DNA of 43,390 bases from NCBI GenBank assembly GCA_049286965.1, contig JBAQEX010000074.1:1-43390 (forward strand). The letters are read 5' to 3'. The translations under genes were made by a program, and so were the position numbers. The notes below the pieces were generated by a model. It was not told where the DNA came from and did no database searches. It saw nothing but the letters and a program-made list of their open reading frames with translations. The stretch's first letter is position 1, and every line of letters starts with the position of its first letter. This stretch comes from Microgenomates group bacterium (GTDB taxonomy: Bacteria; Patescibacteriota; Microgenomatia; UBA1400; UBA12108). Positions 1-8,950 of the stretch are shown in pieces.

Positions 1-214
1 ATTGACGTTCGAGGATGCCGTAGATAATCTTGGCTTTTTGTTTCTCGGCGAGTTGGACTCCGTAGTCAGAGACTTTGCGATTGCCACCCTTGCGACCATG
101 GGCGCCAGGAGGTGTACCGATGCGACGCTCGAGTTTGGTACCAGTAGTTTTGAGACCTAGATCAACTCCGAGTCTGCGCGCTTTTTTGTTTTTGGGACCA
201 GTATATCTTGCCAT
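1..214 (-). CDS. rpsD: 30S ribosomal protein S4, 5' part only (gene runs off the window start)
   Basis: Not in the ORF track because it is truncated. Reverse-strand ATG at 212-214. My translation [71 protein letters not shown] is a typical S4 N-terminus. It starts 1 nt after the rpsK stop, as in the alpha operon. Confidence 0.9.
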   Translation of the reverse strand, partial: MARYTGPKNKKARRLGVDLGLKTTGTKLERRIGTPPGAHGRKGGNRKVSDYGVQLAEKQKAKIIYGILERQ

Positions 215-215
215 A

Positions 216-587
216 TTAGCCATGCCTCGGTTTTTTTGCTCTAGTCCCGTTGTGGGGGATAGGCGTAACATCTAACATTTCGGTGACTTTAATACCTACT
301 GTGCGTAGTACGCGCAGAGCGGCGTCGCGACCAGGACCTGGGCCTTTGATATAAACGGCAGCTTGGCGCAGTCCCATGCCTTTAGCCGCATCGACTGCAG
401 CAGTAATAGCTTGGGTAGCGGCAAAAGGAGTAGATTTCCTGGAGCCTTTGAAGCCGACTTTGCCTGTTGAACTCCAACCAATCACGTTGCCCGAAGTATC
501 GGTCACGGTGACGACGGTATTGTTGAAGGTTGCCAGGATATAAATGCGACCTTCGGCCACGTTTTTAGTGCTTTTGTTGATAGCCAT
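216..587 (-). CDS. rpsK: 30S ribosomal protein S11
   Basis: 123 aa with S11-type sequence ([44 protein letters not shown]). SD GGAGGT upstream. Lies between rpsM and rpsD. Confidence 0.97.
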   Translation of the reverse strand: MAINKSTKNVAEGRIYILATFNNTVVTVTDTSGNVIGWSSTGKVGFKGSRKSTPFAATQAITAAVDAAKGMGLRQAAVYIKGPGPGRDAALRVLRTVGIKVTEMLDVTPIPHNGTRAKKPRHG

Positions 588-588
588 A

Positions 589-984
589 TTATTTCTTTAC
601 CTCCACCTTGGCTGCGTCTTCTTTCTTCATGGCGCCGATTGTCTTGCGTTTGCCACGCAAAGTGCGAGCATTTGTGCGAGTGCGTTGACCACGGACAGGG
701 AGCCCCGCAGAGTGACGCGACCCACGGTAACTACCGATGCGTTTGAGACGTTGAATATTTTCTCTGATGTCTTTGCGTAAATCACCTTCGACTTTGAATT
801 CTTCGATGATTTTTTGGAGTTTGGCGACATCAACGGCACTTAAATCTTTGGCGCGTAAATCTTCGCTAATTTTGGCTTTACTGAGGATGATTTTGGCTAT
901 GTTTGGTCCAATACCATAAACATAAGTGAGGGCAATCACGATGCGTTTGTTTTCTGGCAAATCTATTCCGACTAAACGTAGCAT
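589..984 (-). CDS. rpsM: 30S ribosomal protein S13
   Basis: The track ORF is 589..1041, but S13 homology begins at MLRLVGIDLPENKRIVIALTYVYGIGP (ATG 982-984), 4 nt after the rpmJ stop. The upstream 19 codons overlap rpmJ. Confidence 0.93.
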   Translation of the reverse strand: MLRLVGIDLPENKRIVIALTYVYGIGPNIAKIILSKAKISEDLRAKDLSAVDVAKLQKIIEEFKVEGDLRKDIRENIQRLKRIGSYRGSRHSAGLPVRGQRTRTNARTLRGKRKTIGAMKKEDAAKVEVKK

Positions 985-988
985 AAAA

Positions 989-1102
989 TTATCCTTGGCG
1001 TTGTTTGTGGCGAGGGTTTTCGCACACGATAAATAAGACACCCTTACGACGTACGTATTTGCACTTTAGACAGCGTTTTCTCAAAGATGCTTGTACTTTC
1101 AT
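989..1102 (-). CDS. rpmJ: 50S ribosomal protein L36
   Basis: Below the ORF-track size cutoff. My translation is [37 protein letters not shown] (37 aa, the C-x2-C...C...H zinc motif of L36). Its ATG overlaps the infA TGA (ATGA). Canonical infA-rpmJ-rpsM order. Confidence 0.9.
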   Translation of the reverse strand: MKVQASLRKRCLKCKYVRRKGVLFIVCENPRHKQRQG

Positions 1103-1335
1103 ATAGTTGTTTGACCTTCTTTGACTCGATATGTGATACGACCCTTGCTGGTGTCGTATGGTGTCATTTCGAGTTTGACTTTGTCTCCTGGCATAATACT
1201 AATGCGATACATGCGCATCTTGCCAGATAAGTGCGCGAGTATTTCACTACCATCTTCCAGGCTAACCCGAAACATAGTATTTGGTAAAGCTTGAGTGACG
1301 GTACCGATCTTTTCTGTGACGTCAGCTTTACTCAT
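1099..1335 (-). CDS. infA: translation initiation factor IF-1
   Basis: 78 aa with an S1-like IF-1 fold sequence ([40 protein letters not shown]). Position after map. Confidence 0.96.
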   Translation of the reverse strand: MSKADVTEKIGTVTQALPNTMFRVSLEDGSEILAHLSGKMRMYRISIMPGDKVKLEMTPYDTSKGRITYRVKEGQTTI

Positions 1336-1359
1336 AATTGATTTTGATATTGTACCAGA

Positions 1360-2115
1360 TTAAATGATCTGAAACAATGAGGGTACAGTCAAAATAGAAC
1401 AACCGTCCTCAGTTACGATGACGGTTTCTTCGTGTACGGCTGAAAGTGTACCATCTTTAACGGAGATTGTCCAGCCATCTTCCTCGAGTACGAGCTTGGG
1501 GTTACCCTCGACGTAGATGATCTCGATTGCTAGAGTTTGACCTAGTTTGATAATGGGTGTTTTCTCTTTGGGACCCAAGACTACGTTTGAGATCATGGGC
1601 TCTTCATGGAGTTCACGACCCACGCCGTGGCCGGTGAGCTCGCGAGTGGCGCGATAGCCATATTTTTTCAGCGTAGACTCCATAGCCTCTGAGATATCGC
1701 CAATATAGCCGCCCGGCTTGACGGCGGCAATTGCATTCTTTAGACCCTCGAGACCTGCTTTAACAAATTTGTCTTTGGCTGGGGAGGATGTGCCTACTAC
1801 TTTAGAAAAAGCCGCGTCGGTATGATAGCCGTGGTAAAAGACCCCGACGTCGACCGTGACTAGGTCGCCATCTTTGAAGGGAACTTCGGAGATGGGGATG
1901 CCGTGGACGATGCCATCGTTGATGTTGATACAAGTGGCCCAGCGATAGCCGGGTACCTTGGTAAATGAAAGTTCGCCACCTTCGCCCTTGATAAGCTCAC
2001 GGGCTTTGAACTCGACCTCTTTGGGAGTGATGCCGACAGTCGTGAAATCGTAGAGCGCGGCGCGGACACGGCCAAGCATCCCTCCTCCGATTTTCATGGC
2101 TTCTGTTTGGTTCAT
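1360..2115 (-). CDS. map: methionine aminopeptidase, type I
   Basis: 251 aa. Metal-ligand context matches MetAP-I (DLVTVDVGVFYHGYHTDAA, HGVGRELHEEP, LAIEIIY, HEETV). Its ATG overlaps the adk TGA. Confidence 0.95.
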   Translation of the reverse strand: MNQTEAMKIGGGMLGRVRAALYDFTTVGITPKEVEFKARELIKGEGGELSFTKVPGYRWATCININDGIVHGIPISEVPFKDGDLVTVDVGVFYHGYHTDAAFSKVVGTSSPAKDKFVKAGLEGLKNAIAAVKPGGYIGDISEAMESTLKKYGYRATRELTGHGVGRELHEEPMISNVVLGPKEKTPIIKLGQTLAIEIIYVEGNPKLVLEEDGWTISVKDGTLSAVHEETVIVTEDGCSILTVPSLFQII

Positions 2116-2687
2116 AAAGCTTTGGTAGCAATTTCAGTGGCGATAGCCTCAATGTCTTGGTCACCATTGATCTCGATGAGCACGCCTTGTTTCTGATAAT
2201 GGGAGAGCACATCGGCTTCTTGAGATTTGTAGAGTGCAAGACGAGTCTTGATTTTTTCTTCGGTGTCATTCATAGTGCCGTCGGGATTTTTCCTGGCTCT
2301 TTTTAAGAGTCTACCGATGCTGACTGCTTCTGAGACTTTGAGATAGAAAACAATATTAATTTTTTTGCCGTATTTGTCGAGTTTGTCGGCTAAAAACTCT
2401 GCCTGGGTCATATTCCTGGGGAAGCCGTCGATCACCCAACCATTTTGGGTGTCTGGTTGTTTGAGACGACCTTTCCAGAGAACAAACATCTCAGAGTCAG
2501 CCACATAATGACCAAGTGCCAAGGCTTCGCGGCAAGTGTCGCCGATTAGACCTTTATCAAACTCGGCGCCCCAGCGGACTAAATCTCCTGAAATCAGACA
2601 TGGAAGTGCAAGCTTGGTAGCGAGCATTTTAGCCTGGGTGGATTTGCCCGACCCTTCGGGACCATAAAAAATGATGTTTTTGGACAT
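2112..2687 (-). CDS. adk: adenylate kinase (short-LID form)
   Basis: 191 aa. P-loop GPEGSGKSTQAK and DGFPR motif. The LID region is short and lacks Cys (GRLLKRARKNPDGTMNDTEEKIKTRL). SD AGGAG 8 nt upstream. Confidence 0.92.
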   Translation of the reverse strand: MSKNIIFYGPEGSGKSTQAKMLATKLALPCLISGDLVRWGAEFDKGLIGDTCREALALGHYVADSEMFVLWKGRLKQPDTQNGWVIDGFPRNMTQAEFLADKLDKYGKKINIVFYLKVSEAVSIGRLLKRARKNPDGTMNDTEEKIKTRLALYKSQEADVLSHYQKQGVLIEINGDQDIEAIATEIATKAL

Positions 2688-2758
2688 AAAACAAACTCCT
2701 AATAATTAAGGTAACTTACGTTATTATAGCGCAATCTGAGAAAGTGCAATGGGTTGTA

Positions 2759-2778
2759 CCGATGAATCGATTCATCGG
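2759..2778. repeat. perfect 20-nt palindrome CCGATGAATCGATTCATCGG (copy 1 of a 3-member family)
   Basis: Read directly. Lies 23 nt downstream of the stop of ORF 2802-3047. Related copies at 17383-17402 and 27379-27404. Shares the flank CGGAATATC with copy 3. Confidence 0.7.
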
Positions 2779-2801
2779 AATATCATGCATCCAATGAGAA
2801 A

Positions 2802-3047
2802 CTAGAAGCGCAATAAAGGACCTTTTTCACCTTCTGGTCTTAAAGTAACTTGGAATCCTGCCATTTGGTTAAACAAAGGTATGGCGACTGGTAAATCTTC
2901 TAAATTGAATAGTCCAAGAATTTCACCTGCTAAATAGCTTTTTGTTGCTAAGACATCTTGAGAAGTCATCCCTTCAACTGGAATAAATGGGCCACCTAAT
3001 TTGTTAATTCTTTCTCTTAGCGTATCTGGATTAAGCAGTTTGTTCAT
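2802..3047 (-). CDS. hypothetical protein (orphan, inserted between secY and adk)
   Basis: 81-aa ORF with a strong SD (GGAGGttatATG at 3045-3056). No family recognised. Spot count about 35% G+C at 2881-2940, against about 58% in tuf. Confidence 0.55.
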   Translation of the reverse strand: MNKLLNPDTLRERINKLGGPFIPVEGMTSQDVLATKSYLAGEILGLFNLEDLPVAIPLFNQMAGFQVTLRPEGEKGPLLRF

Positions 3048-3115
3048 ATAACCTCCAATATATTAGTGGTAGGAGAGCTAGTTTAGCACTTTTTAATGTG
3101 AAGACAATAGGAATT

Positions 3116-4402
3116 TTAGCGGATGAAGGAGTCGTAGGATTTGGCGACCTGGTAGGACTCAGTCTTGCGGTAGGTCTCAAGGACTACGGAGACAACGATG
3201 AGGATCGAGGTACCGCCGATGGTGAGGGTGGTAATGCCGGTCATGCCCTGGACAATACTAGGCAAAATGGCAATTAAACCGAGAAAGAGGGCGCCGGCTA
3301 GGGTCGTGCGTTTGACGATATAGCTCATGTACTTACTAGTTTCTTTGCCTGGTCTGATGCCTGGGACATAGCCACCATTTTGCTTGAGCTGATCAGAGAT
3401 TTTGTCGGTATCAAACACAACTGCCGTATAGAAGTAGGTAAAACTGACGACCATAACAAAATAGAAAACATTGTAGGCAATCGAAGTGGGCGTAAACCAA
3501 GCGGCAAACGCAGTGGCAATATTCGCAACTTGCGTGTTGCCTACCCCTTTGAGTAAATTGGCGAGCATACTGGGAGCGAGGACTAAAGCAATGGCAAAAA
3601 TGATAGGGATGACCCCAGCGTTGTTGAGCTTGATTGGCAGGTAAGTAGAGCCACCACCCGTGTCTTTGCCACCGCGAATTCGGCGGGAGTAAGAAACTGG
3701 GATCTGACGCTTGGCTTCATCAATCGCCACGATTGAGTAAATCACAAATAAGCCCAGGACGACGTAGGCGATGATACTAGCGGGATTGATGGTTTGGGCG
3801 ATTGATGAGGTTTGGAGGAAGGTGACAGGAAGTCTGCCGACGATGCCCGCAAAAATAAGGAGCGAGATCCCATTGCCGAGTCCATACTCCGTCAAATTCT
3901 CACCAAGCCACATCAAGAAAATACTCCCCGCTGCCATGGTGGCAAGGAGTGTCACGATGGAGAGGGGGTTAGAAGTCGTGACGAGTTGGCTATTTTTGAG
4001 GAGCATAAACATGGCTGCGCTTTGCATGATGGCTAGGGGGACAGCAAGCATCCGGGTGTACTGATTGATTTGGTTCTGACCAGTCTCCCCTTCTTTTTGC
4101 ATCTCTTCGAGTTTGGGGTTGATCATGGTCATGAGTTGCATGATGATCGAGGCGTTGATGTAGGGATTGAGCCCAAGGGCGAGGATAGAAAAGTTGGCTA
4201 GCGTCCCACCGGAAAATACATCTAAGAGGGAGAGGAGTTGGTTGGAAGCGAAGACCTGTTTAATAGCCTCTAAGTTGACGCCTGGGACTGGAATGTGGGT
4301 AACAAAGCGAAATATAGCAAAAATAACTAGGGTAACTATGAGACGTCTACGGAGTTCTCGATTGGATTTGAGCATTGAGAAAAATTCTCTAAGCTTGTCC
4401 AC
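3116..4402 (-). CDS. secY: preprotein translocase subunit SecY
   Basis: 428 aa, multi-TM, with SecY-type sequence ([39 protein letters not shown]). GTG start at 4402 preceded by GGGGGAG. Follows rplO. Confidence 0.96.
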   Translation of the reverse strand: MDKLREFFSMLKSNRELRRRLIVTLVIFAIFRFVTHIPVPGVNLEAIKQVFASNQLLSLLDVFSGGTLANFSILALGLNPYINASIIMQLMTMINPKLEEMQKEGETGQNQINQYTRMLAVPLAIMQSAAMFMLLKNSQLVTTSNPLSIVTLLATMAAGSIFLMWLGENLTEYGLGNGISLLIFAGIVGRLPVTFLQTSSIAQTINPASIIAYVVLGLFVIYSIVAIDEAKRQIPVSYSRRIRGGKDTGGGSTYLPIKLNNAGVIPIIFAIALVLAPSMLANLLKGVGNTQVANIATAFAAWFTPTSIAYNVFYFVMVVSFTYFYTAVVFDTDKISDQLKQNGGYVPGIRPGKETSKYMSYIVKRTTLAGALFLGLIAILPSIVQGMTGITTLTIGGTSILIVVSVVLETYRKTESYQVAKSYDSFIR

Positions 4403-4835
4403 TGTACTCCCCCTTTGCGGCTAAAATGGCTTTTTGTGCAGATAGCGTGGCAGGCACCATCACCTTCAATTTTTTCTCAAGTTTGCCAGTACCGACGATC
4501 TTGATGCTCGAAATCGTGGATTGATTGCGGGAGATGATTTTTTTCGCAATCAAGGTTTCCATGGACACGAGATCGTCATTTTCAAAGACATTGAGCTTGG
4601 AGAGATTGATGAGGGCCTTTTTGCCAAAGGAGTTGAAGCGAGATTTACCGCGCATAAATGGCAAGCGCTTGAACCAAACCCAAGATGAGCCAGTAAACGA
4701 CAAGCGGACACCGTTGCGGGATTTTTGACCTTTTTGACCGCGGCTAGAAGTGTGTCCACCCTGGCCAGAGCCATAACCGTGACCCAAGCGTTTCTTGCGC
4801 ATTGTGACTATTTTGGGGAGTTTGTTTAGTTTCAT
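4389..4835 (-). CDS. rplO: 50S ribosomal protein L15
   Basis: 148 aa with a Gly/basic-rich L15 N-terminus ([28 protein letters not shown]). Directly follows rpsE with a 10-nt spacer. Confidence 0.95.
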   Translation of the reverse strand: MKLNKLPKIVTMRKKRLGHGYGSGQGGHTSSRGQKGQKSRNGVRLSFTGSSWVWFKRLPFMRGKSRFNSFGKKALINLSKLNVFENDDLVSMETLIAKKIISRNQSTISSIKIVGTGKLEKKLKVMVPATLSAQKAILAAKGEYSGQA

Positions 4836-4845
4836 AGACTTTTAT

Positions 4846-5397
4846 TTAGCGAATAATTGCCTCGACTTTTTTAGTCGAGTTGGTTTGACCAAGGGCCTTT
4901 TTGACGGCGACGGTCTTTTTCATAATTTTTAAAGCTTCAAAAGTAGCGGTAACGTTGGACATTTTATTGTTGGTCCCCAAAATCTTGGAAACAACGTCTT
5001 TAATGCCTGCGAGTTCCAGGACTGCGCGCACGGCGCCTCCTGCGATGACTCCAGTACCGGCAGGGGCTGGTTTGAGGATTAGTTTGGCCGCGCCGAGCTT
5101 GACCATGAGTTCGTGGGGGATGGTGCGATTGTCGACGAGGGGGATGGTAATCACGGTTTTCTTGCCGCGACGAACACCTTTTTTGATGGCATTCATGACA
5201 TCCTTGGCTTTGCCAAGGGCCACGCCTACTCTGCCTTTTCTGTCACCTACTACCACGAGGGCAGTAAAACTCATGTTGTTGCCACCTTTGGTTTTTTTGG
5301 TGACGCGAGAAATGCGGATGACCTTTTCGTCAAATTCTTGGGGGGCGCGAGGAGCGCGATCTTTGTTTCTATCTTGTTTGCCACCATTGTTGTACAT
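4846..5397 (-). CDS. rpsE: 30S ribosomal protein S5
   Basis: 183 aa with S5 core sequence (VIRISRVTKKTKGGNNMSFTALVVVGD, GTGVIAGGAVRAVLELAGIKD). Confidence 0.96.
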   Translation of the reverse strand: MYNNGGKQDRNKDRAPRAPQEFDEKVIRISRVTKKTKGGNNMSFTALVVVGDRKGRVGVALGKAKDVMNAIKKGVRRGKKTVITIPLVDNRTIPHELMVKLGAAKLILKPAPAGTGVIAGGAVRAVLELAGIKDVVSKILGTNNKMSNVTATFEALKIMKKTVAVKKALGQTNSTKKVEAIIR

Positions 5398-5399
5398 AA

Positions 5400-5744
5400 T
5401 TAGAACTCCAATCCTGCTAATCTGGCTGCATCGGCGACGGCTTTGACGCGACCATGATATTTGTATGCGCCTCTATCAAAGACGATTTTAGTGATATTTT
5501 TGGCTAAAGCAAGACGCGCAATCTCTGCTCCTAATTTGCTAGAGCGCATAGTTTTGGTGTCACCTTTAGCAACCTTGATGACTTTGGTATTGAGTGAAAC
5601 TAGCGTTTTGTGGTTCCCGTCATCGATGATTTGTGCCCAGATGTGCATATTGGAACGATGAATGGTCAAGCGAGGACGACCAGAGGTTTTGACACTGGCC
5701 CTTACCCGTTTAGCTCTATTTTGTTTGCGGTTTTTGAGTTGCAT
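5400..5744 (-). CDS. rplR: 50S ribosomal protein L18
   Basis: 114 aa with L18 sequence ([45 protein letters not shown]). Confidence 0.95.
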   Translation of the reverse strand: MQLKNRKQNRAKRVRASVKTSGRPRLTIHRSNMHIWAQIIDDGNHKTLVSLNTKVIKVAKGDTKTMRSSKLGAEIARLALAKNITKIVFDRGAYKYHGRVKAVADAARLAGLEF

Positions 5745-5749
5745 AATTT

Positions 5750-6298
5750 TTAGGCGGCAGCGGCTTTGGCGGCTTTGCCTGCTTTCCTACGCACAACTTC
5801 TCCGGCGTAGCGGATCCCTTTACCCTTGTAGGGTTCTGGGGGTCTATATGAGCGAATCACTGCGGCAACTTGGCCGACGGCTTGGATATCATATCCAGAT
5901 ACAATGATGACATTAGTCCCTTCGACTTTGATATCGATACCGACAGGTGGTACAAATTCGATTTCGTGCGAAAACCCTAGTGAGAGGATTAGTTTGGTAC
6001 CAGATAGACGAGCGCGATAACCAGTGCCTACGAGCTCGAGATTTTTGGTAAATCCCTCGGCCACTCCTTTGACCATATTGGCAATGAGGGCGCGGGTCAA
6101 ACCATGGAGGGCGCGAACTGGCTTGTCTTCACTGGTACGGGAGATCACGAGTTGGTCACCCGTAAGCTCTAGCTTGATTTTGGGTTTGACTGTATAGGAG
6201 AGCTCACCTTTTGGACCTTTGACAGTCACAACACCATCACTGATGGTGAGGGTCACATTTTGGGGAATCGTGATTGGTAGGCGGCCGATTTTTGACAT
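5750..6298 (-). CDS. rplF: 50S ribosomal protein L6
   Basis: 182 aa with L6 sequence ([36 protein letters not shown]). Confidence 0.96.
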   Translation of the reverse strand: MSKIGRLPITIPQNVTLTISDGVVTVKGPKGELSYTVKPKIKLELTGDQLVISRTSEDKPVRALHGLTRALIANMVKGVAEGFTKNLELVGTGYRARLSGTKLILSLGFSHEIEFVPPVGIDIKVEGTNVIIVSGYDIQAVGQVAAVIRSYRPPEPYKGKGIRYAGEVVRRKAGKAAKAAAA

Positions 6299-6304
6299 AA
6301 GAAT

Positions 6305-6700
6305 TTACCAAAGTTCAAGAAGAACTTCTCCTCCAATTTTGTTTATTTTGGCTTGGCGGTCAGACATGATGCCTTTGGAAGTGCTCAATATTGCAATACC
6401 CATGCCTGATAGCACTGGTTTGAAACTGTCAACACGGCGATAAATGCGAACGCCAGGCTTGGAAATCCGCTTCATTTTTGAGATGGCAGCAGAGTCGTCT
6501 TTGTAGGACAAACTGGTAACAAGCTGTTTGTCCGTGACGCCCTCGCCTTTGACTTCGACTTTGGCGAGATATTTCTCGGATAGCATGACATTTGCCACAG
6601 CTTCTAGGACCTTGGTGTAAGGCATGGTAACGGTCTTTTTGTGCATGGCATAAGCGTTGTTGAGGCGCGTAATCATGTCTGAGATGTGGTCGTTTATCAT
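6305..6700 (-). CDS. rpsH: 30S ribosomal protein S8
   Basis: 131 aa with S8 sequence (DMITRLNNA, GIAILSTSKGIMSDRQAKINKIGGEVLLELW). Confidence 0.96.
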   Translation of the reverse strand: MINDHISDMITRLNNAYAMHKKTVTMPYTKVLEAVANVMLSEKYLAKVEVKGEGVTDKQLVTSLSYKDDSAAISKMKRISKPGVRIYRRVDSFKPVLSGMGIAILSTSKGIMSDRQAKINKIGGEVLLELW

Positions 6701-6710
6701 AATTTTGTCC

Positions 6711-6896
6711 TTACCAACTGGCTTTGGTTACTCCTGGTAAATTGCCTTTTTGGGCTTCTTCGCGGAAGCAAAGACGGCACATGCCAAAGTGGCGCATATA
6801 AGCTTTGGGTCTACCGCAGAGCTTACAGCGATTGTGAGCACGTGTTGAGAACTTTGGTTTAAGCAAGCTTTTTTTGACTAGTGCTTTACGTGCCAT
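6711..6896 (-). CDS. rpsN: 30S ribosomal protein S14, zinc-binding type Z
   Basis: 61 aa with CKLCGR...CRLCFRE (C-x2-C-x12-C-x2-C). spc-operon position between rplE and rpsH. Confidence 0.95.
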   Translation of the reverse strand: MARKALVKKSLLKPKFSTRAHNRCKLCGRPKAYMRHFGMCRLCFREEAQKGNLPGVTKASW

Positions 6897-6899
6897 ATT

Positions 6900-7457
6900 T
6901 TATTTCTCGGCCTTTTCAAAAGGCATACCTAATATTTTAAGCAAAGCGAAAGCTTGCTTGTTGTCTTTAGCGGTTGTGACAATGACAATTTCCAAGCCGT
7001 GGATTTTCTCCGTCTTGGCATAATCTATCTCAGGAAAAATAATTTGTTCCGAGAGACCGAGTGTGTAGTTGCCATGTCCATCAAAAGCAGTACTTTTGAC
7101 TCCCCGAAAGTCTTTTACTTGCGGAAGCACTATTCTACACAATTTATCGAGGAAATCAAACATTTTGACTCCCCGTAGCGTCACGCTGACACCCACTGGA
7201 TCACCTGCTCTGATCTTGAACCCGGCAATTGATTGCTTGGCGCCACCGACTTTGGGGGCGAGTCCAGACAAAGCGGCGAGTTCAGCACGGACAGTTTCGA
7301 CGTCTTTAGTGGAAGTGTCTGATTTGGGGATGCCGACATTGAGAACGATTTTTTTGAGTCTAGGGGTCGCGAGCTGGTTGGAGAGCCCCAATTCTTTCAT
7401 AAGATTTAGACTATATTCGTTTTCAAAACGTGTTTTTAGGTTTGGATCGGTTGTCAT
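6900..7457 (-). CDS. rplE: 50S ribosomal protein L5
   Basis: 185 aa with L5 sequence (PRLKKIVLNVG, FDGHGNYTLGLSEQIIFPEIDY). Its ATG overlaps the rplX TGA. Confidence 0.96.
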   Translation of the reverse strand: MTTDPNLKTRFENEYSLNLMKELGLSNQLATPRLKKIVLNVGIPKSDTSTKDVETVRAELAALSGLAPKVGGAKQSIAGFKIRAGDPVGVSVTLRGVKMFDFLDKLCRIVLPQVKDFRGVKSTAFDGHGNYTLGLSEQIIFPEIDYAKTEKIHGLEIVIVTTAKDNKQAFALLKILGMPFEKAEK

Positions 7458-7711
7458 ACTGTTTTCTTTCCCGCAAAGCGGACCTGTTTACCATCTTGGA
7501 CGTGACTGATTTTGCCTGTAGATAATGGTCTCTCGCGAGATACCATCCCACCCTCAGTATTTTGAGTTGGTTTCACGTGTTTTTTGTACAGATTGGCACC
7601 TTTGACTACAACAGAGTCTTTTTTGGGATAGACTTTGGTGATCTCCCCTGTTTTGCCTTTGTCTTTGCCAGCAGTCACGAGGACTACGTCGCCTTTTTTA
7701 AATTTTTTCAT
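7454..7711 (-). CDS. rplX: 50S ribosomal protein L24 (short form)
   Basis: 85 aa with a KOW motif (KKGDVVLVTAGKDKGKTGEI). Confidence 0.93.
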   Translation of the reverse strand: MKKFKKGDVVLVTAGKDKGKTGEITKVYPKKDSVVVKGANLYKKHVKPTQNTEGGMVSRERPLSTGKISHVQDGKQVRFAGKKTV

Positions 7712-7712
7712 A

Positions 7713-8084
7713 CTATACTACCTCCTGAGCTAGTGAAGCAATCTTGGTGTAGCCACGATCTTTGACTTCTCTGGCAATTGGTCCAAAGACGCGAGAACCG
7801 ATGGGGTCTTTGGTTTTGGGATCAATAATGACGGCTGCGTTGTCGTCGAATCTCACGTAGGTGCCATCTGAGCGTCTGGTTTCTTTGCGGGTACGGACGA
7901 TCACAGCTTTGACTTGTTGGGAGTCTTTGACGTACCCATTGGGATCGGCCTGGTCAACGACTGCAGAGACCATGTCACCGATATAACCAAAGCGACGCCA
8001 ACTGCCCCCATGGACGTGGATGACTTTGAGGTGTTTGGCACCAGAGTTGTCGGCAACTGAGAGGACTGAACGTAGTTGTATCAT
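7713..8084 (-). CDS. rplN: 50S ribosomal protein L14
   Basis: 123 aa with L14 sequence (MIQLRSVLSVADNSGAK, VRFDDNAAVII). Confidence 0.97.
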   Translation of the reverse strand: MIQLRSVLSVADNSGAKHLKVIHVHGGSWRRFGYIGDMVSAVVDQADPNGYVKDSQQVKAVIVRTRKETRRSDGTYVRFDDNAAVIIDPKTKDPIGSRVFGPIAREVKDRGYTKIASLAQEVV

Positions 8085-8088
8085 ATTA

Positions 8089-8319
8089 TTATTTCTTGAC
8101 TACCTTTGTAATAGTAAAACGCTTGCGGGCAGAAAGAGGGCGGGTTTCTTGGATTTCGACGTTGTCGCCTGCGACTGCTTTGATATCGTTTTGGACCAGA
8201 TATTTTTTGCTGCGACGCACCAATTTGCTATAGAGGGGATGTCTCCAGGAAGTCTCGACCATGACGACGGCGCCTTGGGCAAACTTGGCTGAGATGACAG
8301 TTCCCGTTAGTTTTTTCAC
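8089..8319 (-). CDS. rpsQ: 30S ribosomal protein S17
   Basis: 76 aa with S17 sequence (TGTVISAKFAQGAVVMVE, HPLYSKLVRRSKKY). GTG start overlapping the rpmC TGA. Confidence 0.93.
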   Translation of the reverse strand: MKKLTGTVISAKFAQGAVVMVETSWRHPLYSKLVRRSKKYLVQNDIKAVAGDNVEIQETRPLSARKRFTITKVVKK

Positions 8320-8525
8320 TTGGCCCCCTTTAACTCTGCTCTAATAGTTTTGAGTGTCGCGATTGCTCTCTTGGTCAATCCCAAGGCGCGGAGATTTTTG
8401 AGTTCATTTTTCATTTTTAAAATCATAGTTTTGGTATAGTCGACCGAAAGTTCGGCAAGTTTGGCGTCAATTGCTTTGAGGCCGCCTTTGCGTAGTTCGG
8501 TATAGTCGTTTTTGCGTAGTTTCAT
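8316..8525 (-). CDS. rpmC: 50S ribosomal protein L29
   Basis: 69 aa, helical and K/L-rich. Canonical position between rplP and rpsQ. Confidence 0.88.
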   Translation of the reverse strand: MKLRKNDYTELRKGGLKAIDAKLAELSVDYTKTMILKMKNELKNLRALGLTKRAIATLKTIRAELKGAK

Positions 8526-8530
8526 ATATT

Positions 8531-8944
8531 TTATATTTCACCCCTAATAACAAATCTTGTAAGGACTGGGAGCTTGGAAGCAGCCTTGCGGAAAGCTTCA
8601 CGAGCAGTGGACTCATCGGTTGCCCCTAGTTCAAAGACGACGGTACCACGTTTGACGACGGCCGTGTACTTGTCGATGTCACCTTTACCCGAACCCATTT
8701 TAGCTCCGGCTGTCTTGTGAGTGAGGGGTTTGTGGGGGAAAACTCTAAGCCAGAGCTTGCCACCACGCTTGGTGTGATGAGTGATGGTGCGGCGAGCTGC
8801 CTCGAGTTCGGCGGCACTAATCCAAGCACTTTCAATCACTTTGAGTCCAAAGTCACCAAAAGAGACGTCAGCGCCACGAGTAGCAATGCCACCCATCTTG
8901 CCTCTGAATTCTTTGCGGTGTTTAGATTTTTTAGGTTGCATCAT
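8531..8944 (-). CDS. rplP: 50S ribosomal protein L16
   Basis: 137 aa with L16 sequence (MQPKKSKHRKEFRG, FGDFGLK, RVFPHKPLTHK). Confidence 0.96.
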   Translation of the reverse strand: MMQPKKSKHRKEFRGKMGGIATRGADVSFGDFGLKVIESAWISAAELEAARRTITHHTKRGGKLWLRVFPHKPLTHKTAGAKMGSGKGDIDKYTAVVKRGTVVFELGATDESTAREAFRKAASKLPVLTRFVIRGEI

Positions 8945-8950
8945 ATTGGT

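Noticed and set aside
985-1041. N-terminal extensions in the ORF track: rpsM 985-1041, ruvX 29425-29478, RNase J 39908-40039, paralog A 40500-40514, paralog B 42401-42412, the large membrane protein 32387-32404, and YtxH-like 35125-35151
   Set aside because: Homology begins at the internal ATG in each case. The extensions overlap the upstream gene or start at TTG/GTG without an SD, and the internal ATGs give tight 1-4 nt junctions or good SD spacing.
1099-2115. Alternative genetic code (UGA recoding, as in some CPR lineages)
   Set aside because: TGA terminates infA, adk, rplX, rplD, rpmC, sortase and ftsK at normal protein lengths. All conserved genes are intact under the standard code.
2759-2778. 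Interpreting the GAATCGATTC palindromes as integron attC sites or a CRISPR-like array
   Set aside because: There is no integron integrase, attI or serial cassette array, and there are no regularly spaced repeats. The copies are perfect palindromes rather than the imperfect attC type with extrahelical bases. They are kept only as an unexplained repeat family.
2802-3047. Orphan small ORFs (2802-3047, 26710-26892) as toxin-antitoxin or defence components
   Set aside because: They are single genes with no partner ORF and no recognisable toxin, antitoxin or nuclease motifs. Nothing in the sequence supports such a call.
4901-5446. 181-aa plus-strand ORF antisense to rpsE/rplR. Similar antisense ORFs occur at 9715-10335, 19474-19881, 23916-24500 and 38883-39325.
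   Set aside because: All overlap well-supported conserved genes on the other strand. They have low-complexity S/T/P/R-rich products and no SD or family match.
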